Below are positions 24,663 to 34,700 of a stretch of DNA of 64,000 bases, one piece after another. Positions within the stretch are counted from its first letter, which is position 1, and each line of letters starts with the position of its first letter. The translations under genes were made by a program, and so were the position numbers. The notes below the pieces were generated by a model. It did no database searches. It worked only from the letters and a program-made list of their open reading frames with translations, and had not been told where the DNA came from. Origin of the DNA: an uncultured Gammaproteobacteria bacterium (GTDB lineage Bacteria > Patescibacteriota > Microgenomatia > UBA8517 > JACQJR01); the NCBI GenBank assembly GCA_964442455.1, contig CAYTZB010000001.1:85910-149909 (forward strand), written 5' to 3'.

Positions 24663-25346
24663 ATGACAAATTTCAAATTCCCCTTAATACTTTTGATGCT
24701 TTTGGTACTTTTGGTACCCTTTTCAGGTTCTATCAAAGTAAAAAAAATTACCTGTAAAACTCAATATGGTCCGTGTACAGCAAGCCTTGAGGAGCAGTTA
24801 TCGCGGCTCATGGGAGCACGTCTTTTGACAGTCTCAACGCACGCGATAGAGGATATTGCATTATCATTACCCTCAGTGCGTGAAGTCCATGTTTATAAGT
24901 ACTTTTACGGGAAATTAGAGGTTGTGCTTAACATCACCAAACCTTATGGTGCCATTCAACTTCGTCTTCCGAATGGCGAACTCTCTCAACAATTATTTCT
25001 TGTTGACCAGGGGGGGCGCAGAGTGGGGACAACAGATGTCACTTCTTTACCAACTCTCGTTATTCCTTCTTCCCTTATGAGTATTTCCGACTACAATCCT
25101 AATTTATCACCTTACCTTGGGGTTGCCGACCTTATGAACAGGGCTCGAGGTATAAAAACAGTTGAGTTGACGGCTGACGCACTCATTTTTCGAGTTGAGA
25201 ACGTCGTCGTGTGGTTCCCGCAAGAAACTATAGACCCTCGTCTTTTAGTCGGCTCTTTACAATTTATCCTTGCCCGTTCTACAATTGAGGGCAAACAACC
25301 TGTGAAAATAGATATGAGATTTAAAAATCCAGTTGTTGTATTTTAA
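24663..25346 (+). CDS. ftsQ: FtsQ-like cell division protein (TM + POTRA-like)
   Basis: 227 aa with a single N-terminal TM helix, in the position between murG and ftsA. Sequence similarity is weak, so the call relies mostly on context. Confidence 0.5.
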   Translation: MTNFKFPLILLMLLVLLVPFSGSIKVKKITCKTQYGPCTASLEEQLSRLMGARLLTVSTHAIEDIALSLPSVREVHVYKYFYGKLEVVLNITKPYGAIQLRLPNGELSQQLFLVDQGGRRVGTTDVTSLPTLVIPSSLMSISDYNPNLSPYLGVADLMNRARGIKTVELTADALIFRVENVVVWFPQETIDPRLLVGSLQFILARSTIEGKQPVKIDMRFKNPVVVF

Positions 25347-25470
25347 ATTCGAAGCACGAAGCTCGAAACAATATCTAAATTCAAATACCCAATGTTCAAA
25401 AAGGTTTAGAATTTTGAATTTTACTTATTTGAAATTTGTTTAGGATTTCGAATTTAGAATTTCGGATTTA
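25347..25470. repeat. Imperfect long palindrome of TTCGAA / TCTAAATT-type phased units (element E3)
   Basis: Left arm: AAATTCGAAGCACGAAGCTCGAAA...TCTAAATTCAAATA. Right arm: TATTTGAAATTTGTTTAGGATTTCGAATTTAGAATTTCGGATTT. Confidence 0.6.
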
Positions 25471-25538
25471 TTATAACAGCATTCAAGAAAACTCCCGACT
25501 TTTAGTCGGGTGATGAATTGAACGCTGATATGTCATAA
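25471..25538 (+). mobile_element. MITE-like hairpin element, short form, copy 2 (abuts the ftsA start codon)
   Basis: 68 bp, TTATAACAGC...GATATGTCATAA. It equals the long form minus the segment between two ATGTCAT direct repeats. Confidence 0.7.
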
Positions 25539-25541
25539 GTT

Positions 25542-26810
25542 ATGGCTAAAGGAAAAGTTATTGCCGGAATAGATATTGGTTCTTCCAAAGTTGCGACCGT
25601 CATAGGCAGTGCAAATCCAGAGGAAGAAGTACTACAAGTTTTGGGAGTGGCGTCTGTTCCTGCTCCGCCTGATGGAATTAAGAAGGGGCAAATTGTTGAT
25701 ATTGAGAAAGCCTCTGGGGCGGTTGTAGCTTCGGTTGAGAAAGCAGAACGGATGGCGGGGTTTGCACTCGATAACGTCGTCGTTGTTATTAATGGTGGAC
25801 ATATTCAGGGTCAAAACTCTCATGGGGTTGTTGCAATATCCTCCCCGGAGGGAGAGATAGAAGGAAGTGATGTTGAGCGGGTCATTGATGCCGCGCGTGC
25901 GATATCTCTTCCAGCTGGTCGCGAAGTTATTCATGTGCTCCCTTGTGAGTTTATTGTAGATGGGGAGAAAGGGATAAAGGATCCGGTGGGAATGAGTGGG
26001 GTGCGGCTTGAGGTAGAAGCGCATATTGTAACCGCGTCAACAACTGCCATTCGCAATTTAACCAAGTGTGTAAGTGAGGTGGGAGCGAGAATTTCCGGTG
26101 TGGTGTTCTCGGGGTTTGCCGCCGCCGCATCGGTGCTTTCTGATACCGAACGGGAACTAGGAGTCGTGTTAATTGACCTTGGAGCGGGGACGACCTCAAT
26201 TGCCGTTTTCACCGATGGCGCACTGGTTCACTCGCGAGTGCTTCCTATTGGTTCAAAAAATATTACCAATGATTTAGCTATAGGACTGCGCACCTCGCTT
26301 GAGAGTGCTGAGAAGATTAAAATTTCTCTCTCCGCAGCAAGTAAAAAAGACAAAGAGGAAGACGAGATAGACGTGTCGGGGTTGGGTGTTGATGGAGGGG
26401 AACGGACTGTGTCAAAAAGGACCCTTTCAGAGGGGATTATACGGCCTAGACTCAACGAAATTTGGAGTATGGTAGGGATGGAGCTCAAGGCCACGGGTCT
26501 TGGAGGGAGAACCCCGGCAGGAGTGGTGATTACCGGAGGGGGAGCGTTAACGGTAGGAGCGGTTGAGTCAGCACGGCGAATCTTAGCCCTTCCTGTTCGG
26601 GTGGGAATTCCCACCGGTATTTCGGGATTGGTTGACGATGTCTCAACGCCCGCATTTGCCGCAACGGTTGGGGCGGTTGCGTGGGCAGCACAAAACGTTG
26701 CCCCTCCTTCGGGTTTTCGTATTGGTCAGTTCACCCGTCCCTTCGAAAGCCTCCCTGTAAAAGGAGTGGTAGGCAAGGTGGTTGAGGTTATAAAAGGATT
26801 GCTGCCATAA
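25542..26810 (+). CDS. ftsA: Cell division protein FtsA
   Basis: Actin-like ATPase motifs GIDIGSSKV and LIDLGAGTTSIAVF, with the characteristic C-terminal region. Confidence 0.9.
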   Translation: MAKGKVIAGIDIGSSKVATVIGSANPEEEVLQVLGVASVPAPPDGIKKGQIVDIEKASGAVVASVEKAERMAGFALDNVVVVINGGHIQGQNSHGVVAISSPEGEIEGSDVERVIDAARAISLPAGREVIHVLPCEFIVDGEKGIKDPVGMSGVRLEVEAHIVTASTTAIRNLTKCVSEVGARISGVVFSGFAAAASVLSDTERELGVVLIDLGAGTTSIAVFTDGALVHSRVLPIGSKNITNDLAIGLRTSLESAEKIKISLSAASKKDKEEDEIDVSGLGVDGGERTVSKRTLSEGIIRPRLNEIWSMVGMELKATGLGGRTPAGVVITGGGALTVGAVESARRILALPVRVGIPTGISGLVDDVSTPAFAATVGAVAWAAQNVAPPSGFRIGQFTRPFESLPVKGVVGKVVEVIKGLLP

Positions 26811-26823
26811 AAGTTCATGGTTG

Positions 26824-26849
26824 AAGCGCGTCAGAAAACGCCGCTTTTC
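26824..26849 (+). terminator. Weak hairpin/T-tract after ftsA
   Basis: AAGCGCGT-CAGAAA-ACGCCGCTT forms an 8-bp stem with one bulge, followed by TTCG. The T-tract is short. Confidence 0.3.
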
Positions 26850-27021
26850 GATTAGCATACGAGGAATCAAAATTTTTTACTCCGTTGTCCCCTTGAGAAC
26901 TGCTAAAAATTTATTCACCTAAAACCTGAGGATATTTCTCGACTATAGGCTCATTTTGTGCTAAAATACGCTTGAAATGGTAGAAAAAGAAATCTTTTTG
27001 GTATAATTAAGGCAAAATTTT

Positions 27022-28794
27022 ATGATCGCTGAACGTCAAGAAAATAAAGCCGTTCAATTGAACGGTCGAGATTGGTTATCCCCTGAGGTTGATGATATTG
27101 CACGTCAAGCAATTAGAGATATGGTGCCGCAGAGATCTGAGGATGGTAATGGTTTGCATTCACAGGAAGAGTTAAATAATGCATTATCAATTTCTTCCTT
27201 TCGTAGAAATGGTCTCCTTGGAATGTTACATATAAAATTTGATGGCGATATTGAGCAAGCTTTAAGATTTGCATATCCTGAGATTTTTAGAAAACCACTT
27301 TTACATCTTGATGAACCTCATTATGGTGATCCTTTTCAAGAAACATGGAGGGAAAGAGAACGCGAAATTGAAGGCAGAATAATATCGACGATGGAAAGGA
27401 GTAGGTTAGGTCATATCTATTTCTACGATAATGAAGTTATTGATAGTGATCAAAAAGCAAGGAAACTTATGAAATTGGGTAGACGGGTCGAGCGCCATGT
27501 AAACCGAAGAAATACCCGTGAACGTCATCACGAAAAAATAGACGTTGACGAATGGCAGGGAAGAGAAAATGAAGATTTTCAAAGAGCAATAGTTCGTTTT
27601 CTAAAACTTGGTGATAGCGTCGCAGGTTTTCTCGGCAGCAACGATACTGAAATTCCACGTTCTATTTTAAATCGAATTGGACAACAAGGAGTATTTTATA
27701 TGATAGGTCGCAGAAATTATCCTTATAACGAACTCGCCGGTTCATTTCCTAACGCAAATAATAGAGGAATCGAGGACGAACTTTTAGCAAGAGCTCTTGA
27801 GTTGGGAGAGTCTTTAATATTGAACAACTACGATCAAGAACAAATAAAAAAAACACTTAACGGTCATAAAATCTATCCAGTTGTCTACAGACCTCCCAAT
27901 CTTCCTGAAGAAATTTCTCGACATTCTTTAAATGCTTTCATTGTGAGCGATCGAGTAAGGGAAATTTTGGAAGAATTTAGGGAAGATTTCCTATGGGCAA
28001 TAGATTCAGCTTTAAAACAAGGTGGATATTTAATTTTTCGAGAAAACGCCAGGCAACAGACAAATATTGAGTACTATGGCCAAGATCTTTGGTCTAGCAG
28101 ATATCAAAGAGTAGGGACGGGAACGAAATCGGCCCAATTAATGATTTTTCGTAAAGTTGCTACAGGTAATTCTATGGTTAGTATTTCTCAAACAGTTTCA
28201 GAAAGTTCTCAATCGACTGAAAATGAAGAGGAATTTGGAGTGTGTACTATTGAACATAAGTGGGAATTTGAAAACGGAGAAGGGGCTGATAAGCAAATTT
28301 ACGCAGCACTTAAGCATGTTATTGAACAAAAACATAGATTAAACGGGGAAGTTACAGAAGCTCAACAGATAGACGAGTTACTAAAAGGAACGTTGAGCGT
28401 AAGTTGGTTTAGGAAAACTGGGCTTTTGCCAATCTTATTTAGTCGGTTTGGCGGAAGTGTTGAAAAAGCAGCGGAGTTTGTTATAGAACATAACCAAGCA
28501 GGAAGAACTCCTCCAACTATTATCCAAAGATCTCCTGAAGGGGCAAAATCCTCTTATAATCTCTACGATCTTGCCAAAGAATTGGGAGTTAGGATAGATG
28601 TTATTAGAAAAACTCTAAATAATGCTGGTATAAAAGGAGTACAGTCACAAAGAAATAAAGGGAATTTTCACCCCCAAACAAGTAGAATGCAATTTTCTTA
28701 TCAGGAGTTTTTAACATTAAGAGATGTATTACGGAGGGATTTAAATGTAGAAAAGGCTACCAAGGAAAGGAGCGATAATGCAGAGAGAATTTGA
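27022..28794 (+). CDS. Hypothetical 590-aa protein with two copies of a ~75-aa module shared with the SNF2-sigma protein, plus a C-terminal HTH-like segment
   Basis: Module copies lie at nt 27073-27287 and 28261-28493 (W..(F/L)..., L(S/N)xSxF(R/Q)(R/K)xGLL...FxGxxxxAxxF). The C-terminus YNLYDLAKELGVRIDVIRKTLNNAGIKG is HTH-like. There is a 17-nt overlap with the next ORF. Confidence 0.7.
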   Translation: MIAERQENKAVQLNGRDWLSPEVDDIARQAIRDMVPQRSEDGNGLHSQEELNNALSISSFRRNGLLGMLHIKFDGDIEQALRFAYPEIFRKPLLHLDEPHYGDPFQETWREREREIEGRIISTMERSRLGHIYFYDNEVIDSDQKARKLMKLGRRVERHVNRRNTRERHHEKIDVDEWQGRENEDFQRAIVRFLKLGDSVAGFLGSNDTEIPRSILNRIGQQGVFYMIGRRNYPYNELAGSFPNANNRGIEDELLARALELGESLILNNYDQEQIKKTLNGHKIYPVVYRPPNLPEEISRHSLNAFIVSDRVREILEEFREDFLWAIDSALKQGGYLIFRENARQQTNIEYYGQDLWSSRYQRVGTGTKSAQLMIFRKVATGNSMVSISQTVSESSQSTENEEEFGVCTIEHKWEFENGEGADKQIYAALKHVIEQKHRLNGEVTEAQQIDELLKGTLSVSWFRKTGLLPILFSRFGGSVEKAAEFVIEHNQAGRTPPTIIQRSPEGAKSSYNLYDLAKELGVRIDVIRKTLNNAGIKGVQSQRNKGNFHPQTSRMQFSYQEFLTLRDVLRRDLNVEKATKERSDNAERI

Positions 28795-31700
28795 ATCTCA
28801 AAGAACGATAGAAATAACACCGGGCAAATCTCCAACTAATGAAGTTATAGAAAGGGTAGGTAGAGAAATAACTCACTGTGATTTGCTCCATATGTGGAAT
28901 TTTGAGGTGGATGGGAGGAACCAGCAAGAGATAGATGAAGAACTTCAGGAAGCAATAAGGCATGTTGTAACGTATACACATACCATCAATGGTGCAGAGT
29001 ATGGAGGCTACCTACCTGATGAGACACTTGAAGAAAAATTGAATTTAGCGTGGTTTCAGAAAGTGGGACTGTTAAAACCAGTGGCGTTGCAGTTTAAGGG
29101 TGAAATTGCAGATGTTGTTCGGTTTGCGTGGCCTGAAGGATTTCACCAGGAAGAGCAAGAGAGAGTCCAGGCGTTTCGTTTGAGACCAGATACAATTGAA
29201 TTTTGGCAGGAATTAAAGAAAGATCTAGAAGGAATACAAACGCCCAAAAATATGGCACTTTCAACTTTTATGATGTATTACGATCCTCGAACAAAAAGGC
29301 AATCTTATCTTGAGGGAGGTAAATATATATACCTTTACGGCCTCTTTTTTCAGGATACATTAGCTGAAGAGTCGATTCATAACCCGGTTGATTATTTAAG
29401 CTCCCGATTCAATCCACCTCGTGATAATCAAGAATTTATTGATCTAGTCAAGGAAACACGTGAGCTTGCGGAGATAAAGCTTCGTAAACCCTATGGAAGT
29501 GTTATGGACATACAAGAAAGGCTTGCAGATCCTAGTTTTTTGGAAGAGTTTGTAATAGATTTGAACGAATATACTGAAGATTTCACTTTTGCTAACTTTA
29601 TGCAAGGCTGGTTGAATTATACAACTCCCAATGGTGACATCATACGGTGGAGTGCTAGAGGAAAGTACAGAGAGCTTCTCAATGATCTTTTAGCACGAAG
29701 GTGGATTGCACAACTGGGCGAAAATGCCGGTTCTGAATCTACACCAAAAAAACCCGCTGAAATATTTTATGAAGCTGCTCCGCAGAACCTCAAACTTTTA
29801 CTTTTGGCGAAATTTCCGAAGGATTTTTCCCATCTTACACTCGAAAGTTTGGAACAGAGTCAGGTAGTGTCAGATGAAGTTCGTGCAATACTTGAAGAGA
29901 CCAGCTTACTGGGAGTTGATAGTCAAGATCGTATTTTAGAGACGCTTGGGAATTATATCTTAGCTAAACATAAAAATAATGAAAGTCTTAATTATCTTGA
30001 TGGTCAACGAATTAAGACGATTTTACTTCAAGTTTCTCAACAAATTCTTCCCGCAGTTATTAGAAGAGCTGCTTCTTCCAAAACGGAGAGCGTTTTAACC
30101 GATAGTCGCATAGTTCCTACAGTTTTGAGCGAAGCAAACTCAGAGAATCAAGAAGTTGCTGACTCTGCCCAAGAGTTGTTGGAATCTCTTAGGGAGGCGT
30201 ACTACTTTCCCCTGCTTAAAAGTTTACTTTACAAACCAACAGCGCTTTTTTGGACTTCATATTTAACTGAGCACCCCGAAGAGGTAACAGTTCCTCCTGC
30301 CATGTTAATTAATTTCCTTGAAAAGCATTTAAAAGGAAGAGTAGAAGAAATTGCTCTTCAAGGCGATCAAAAAGAGGTTCTTGGTTATTTAAGTCAAGAG
30401 GTACTTCCTAATGTCTATCGCCACTTTGCTGAAGTTGCTACCTTTGCCCAGACAATTGCTCACTTTAGAACAAAGGATATTGAAGGGAAACCTCAACATT
30501 TACTTTTTCACCAAGTAGAAGGAATTAAGAAATTGATCGAAGATAAAGGCGGAATTGTATCAGATGAACCTGGTACTGGCAAAACACTTATACTTGCGCT
30601 TTCTGCACTTAATCTGATGGACAGAAGCGGAATTGTTGGACGAGGTACACCTGGGCGCGCTTTAGTAGTTGGGACAAAATCAGTAATAGATAATTGGGAA
30701 AGTGAACTGGATGCACATATACGAACAGACTATATAGATGTTGTAAATGTCAACTTCACCAATCAGAAAGATAGACAAGTGAGTAGAGATGAGTTACAAG
30801 CCCGGTTACGTGAGCTAGAAAGATTACTTCGAAACCCTAGACATCAGAGACAAATGGTATTGGTCAATTACGATTTGTTCAGACACCCTACATTTAAAAA
30901 GATTTTGGGATCTTATCCGTTTGATTCTGTGATAGTTGATGAGGCACATAACGTTAAATCTCGGTTTCTTGAATCAATTAATACCTATGAGAAAAGCGAT
31001 GATTTACGGAGTAGCACGAGTGTAGCTAAAAGAACAAGGGGTCTTTATAGCTACATCAGAACTAGTCCTGACCTTTCTGTATTTTTTGCCACGAGTACAC
31101 CTTATGTTAAAGAGCTTGTCGAACCTCTTATTATGGCGCATTTAGTTAACGAACAACTTGTACCTAGAGAAAGGGTACAACAACTTATGGAAGATACTGT
31201 TGGAACTCACCAAGTATTAAGACAAGTGATGATTCGCAGAAAGAAAGAGGAGATAGCTGACTTACCACCTAAAGAAACGGTAGTAGTTCCGATTGATCTT
31301 ACTTTGCTTTCCGAGGAGGAGAAGCAAGAGTTTAAAGCAATAGCACAAGAGATTATGGAGAACGAAAATTTTGCTGCACGGTTTTATTCAATGCTTTCGC
31401 TTGAAGGTTTGGCCAAATATCCCTGGTTGACAGAAAAGGTTAAAGAGCTTATTTCAGATGGTCGCAAGGTAATTATCTTCACCCCCTTTGTGGTTGGAGA
31501 AAATCGATATACTGCGCCGATTAGTACCGCACGAATAGCAGCAAAATTAATGGGTGCAGGAATTCCAATCAACTCAGTTGCTGTTTTGGACGGAAGTTTA
31601 GATGAAGGAGAACGAATTAGTGTGCAAGGACGTTTTCGTAACCAGCGAGATCCGAAAGTTTTAGTTGGTAATTACATTACCGCAGGAGAGTCAATAACAC

Positions 31701-34700
31701 TCAACTCACCCACCAATAGAGCTACGGAAGTAATTATCTTTGTGGGGCCAAATACAATTACTCGCTATATTCAAGGGGTTGACCGAAGCCACAGAATTGG
31801 GCAAACAGAAAAAGTTACCATTCACATACCATATGTTACTGGAGATTTGCTTGGACGAGGTGAGACCTACGACGAAGCAGTAATTAAACGACTTATGGAT
31901 GAACTGGTAGTTTTTGGAGCTGTCGTCGACGGGCGATTCTTTATGGAGCCAAAAGATATCTATCAATCAATTATTCAAACAGATAGAGCAAAACCGAGAG
32001 GTAGTGTTGAATTTACACGAGAGCATCGACAACGATCAAGAGAGAGGCGACGTGGTCCTTATACACCTCGGTTGCCCGGAGAACCAACTCCAAGAGTAAT
32101 GATAAGTGAAGATGAGGTTATCGATTTTGGATGGATGCAAAATATTCGTGAGGTTGTTACTCGTGAGAGCGAGTCTGAACAGGATATAGTGAGAATGTAT
32201 CTAGAGCAGATAGGACAATACCCACTATTTAATCCGGATAATCCAAATCACGAAAGATTGGCGTTCGATTATTTTAAAAGTGACAGAACCCTTGATGAAT
32301 TAAAGATAGATTCAGAATTTCTTTCAATGATTAATCCGCGAGATAGAGAAGATTTTGGACGTGTTCTGACTGATAGCCAAAGTATTCAAGATTTAATTAT
32401 TAACTGTAATCTCCGCTTGGTAGTTTCAGTAGCTCGTCAACGTCAAGGTCGCGGCTTACCCCTTTTGGATTTAATACAAGAAGGAACATTTGGCTTAATG
32501 CATGCGGTTGAACTCTTCGAACCCGAGCGAGGAAATAAATTTTCAACATACGCAACGTGGTGGATACGCCAAAGTATAAACAGAGCGATCATGAATTCTT
32601 CGCAGACAATCCGATTGCCAGTTCATATGTATGAAAGAATTGGTTTGGCTCGGAGATTTGCAAGAGAATTTGAAGCTACAAATGGTCGCACCCCAAAAGT
32701 GAGTGAGCTGCGCGAGTTAGTTTTAACTCAAACAAAGTTTTCCGAAAGTGAAGTTGACTCTGTAATCGAAACCATTGCTTCAGGAGTTATGCAAATGGGC
32801 ACTTTGGACTTTGAGATTGGGGAAGATGGAGAAGATACATTATATGATGTCGTTGCCGACAAGAGAATGGATGTTGAAGCAACTGTTTTGGAAGAAACAG
32901 AGGATGATGAGCTGAATACTGAGGTAAAGAGGGCTCTGAAAGAGAATTTGGATGAAAGAGAAAGAAGAATAATAGAGTTAAGATTCGGTTTGGGTGAAAC
33001 AAGAGAGAGAACTCTAGAAGAAGTCGGACAAGAATTTGGATTGACACGAGAACGTGTTAGACAGATTCAGGAAAGAAGTTTAGGCAAACTTAGTAGAGAC
33101 AAACAATTACGCGCTCGGTGGGAAGGCGATGCTCCGAGTTTTGTGTATCATACGAGTGCAGAGCAAGCAGCCATCAGGTTAGGATTATTCAATAAGAAGC
33201 AAAGTTATGTCGAGAAAGTTGTCGCAGAGTTACCTCCCCATCTTCAGAGTGTGCTTAATCAACGTATTCTCAAAGCAGCATCTTTGATAAATGGAGATGC
33301 ACAAAATGGGACTTCCGAAGTGGATCAAAGTTATCAATTTACACTTGCACGACTTGCAGTATGGGAGAAGTTAGGGACACTTTATCCAGACGATTTAACT
33401 GACTCACGGCAACGTCGTGAAATATATGGAAAAGATTTTGGGCCATATTTTGACCTATCGCTTATGAAACGGTTGTATGAGCGAAGGGATGGTAGAGTTA
33501 GACTGTTAGATAATCGAGTGTTATCGCACTTTTTTGGATTTGGCGATGGTCAGAAACCCCTCTTAAGTGTAGAGAAAGTTACTCAAGAGCTAGGAATTCC
33601 ACAGGATACAGTTACCGCGGGTCTTCATAAGGGGTTGCAGGTACTTGAAGCTCCACCAGAGAAGAAAACCAGAGCAGAAGAGCTCAGCAGAGAACACAGC
33701 ATTGTTGCACAGGCGTTTCGCAATCAAGAGATTTGGGATCAAATTCCTGATAGAGAAAAAAGCATATTAACACTCTATTTCATACGTGGTGGCGATCAAC
33801 AAGTATTAAAAGAGAATTTTTCGAGAATTTTCGGGATTTCTCTGCCTGAAGTAGATGCACGAATAAACGCTGCAGTAGAGTTAACTGAACGACTTTTAAC
33901 AGAAATTCAGGCTAAACCAGAACGTCAACGAAGGGTAACAAGAGGAGAACTTAGAGATATGGTTGAAGGATTATTGAAAGAGTATCCTTGGTTGAGCAAT
34001 AGCGAAGTAACAGAGCATCTTTCAACAAAACTAAAACAAGATTTAAGCAAAGCTCGTGTTGACCAAGCGAGGAAGAGCTTGGTTGCCCTTGAGAGAGTAG
34101 AGTCACGGCGTGGAAAATTAGATATACTTGACTCAAGAGTCGAAGCATTACTACTCCAAGGATTAAAACCCCAGCAAATTGCTGAGAGTTTGGTTCAATC
34201 AGAAAAAAGAGTTATTGCTTCTATAAGAAGATTGATTAGCACAGGAAATCTTGATACCCAACTTATTCAGTGGAGAAACGATGGCCTTTCAAAGGAAGAA
34301 ATTGCTGAAAGAATAGGAAGTTCAGCTGTTACCATAGGGAGAAGGCTCCGGGTACATGTTGAATCTGGTGCTCTACCTTTCCATCCTCGTGATCCTCGGA
34401 CAGTTGATGATTCTGGAGTTACCGAGCACGTCAGAAACCTAGACGGTATGGTTGAGTCATTGATTCTTCAAGATCCAAAAATAAAAACTAAAGAAATTAT
34501 TGCTGCATTGGAACCTACAGTAGGAAAATACATGGCGGAATTAACAATCCGGAGAGCAAAGAAGCGGCTGGTAGCTGCAGGGAGAATACCTTCTCATTTA
34601 TTTAATCTTACCCATGAGGAAGCAGTAGCTTTAGATCAACAAGTAGAAGAATTGGTAAAAAACGGAAATCTCTCTTATAAAGAGATAGCTGCTGCATTGA

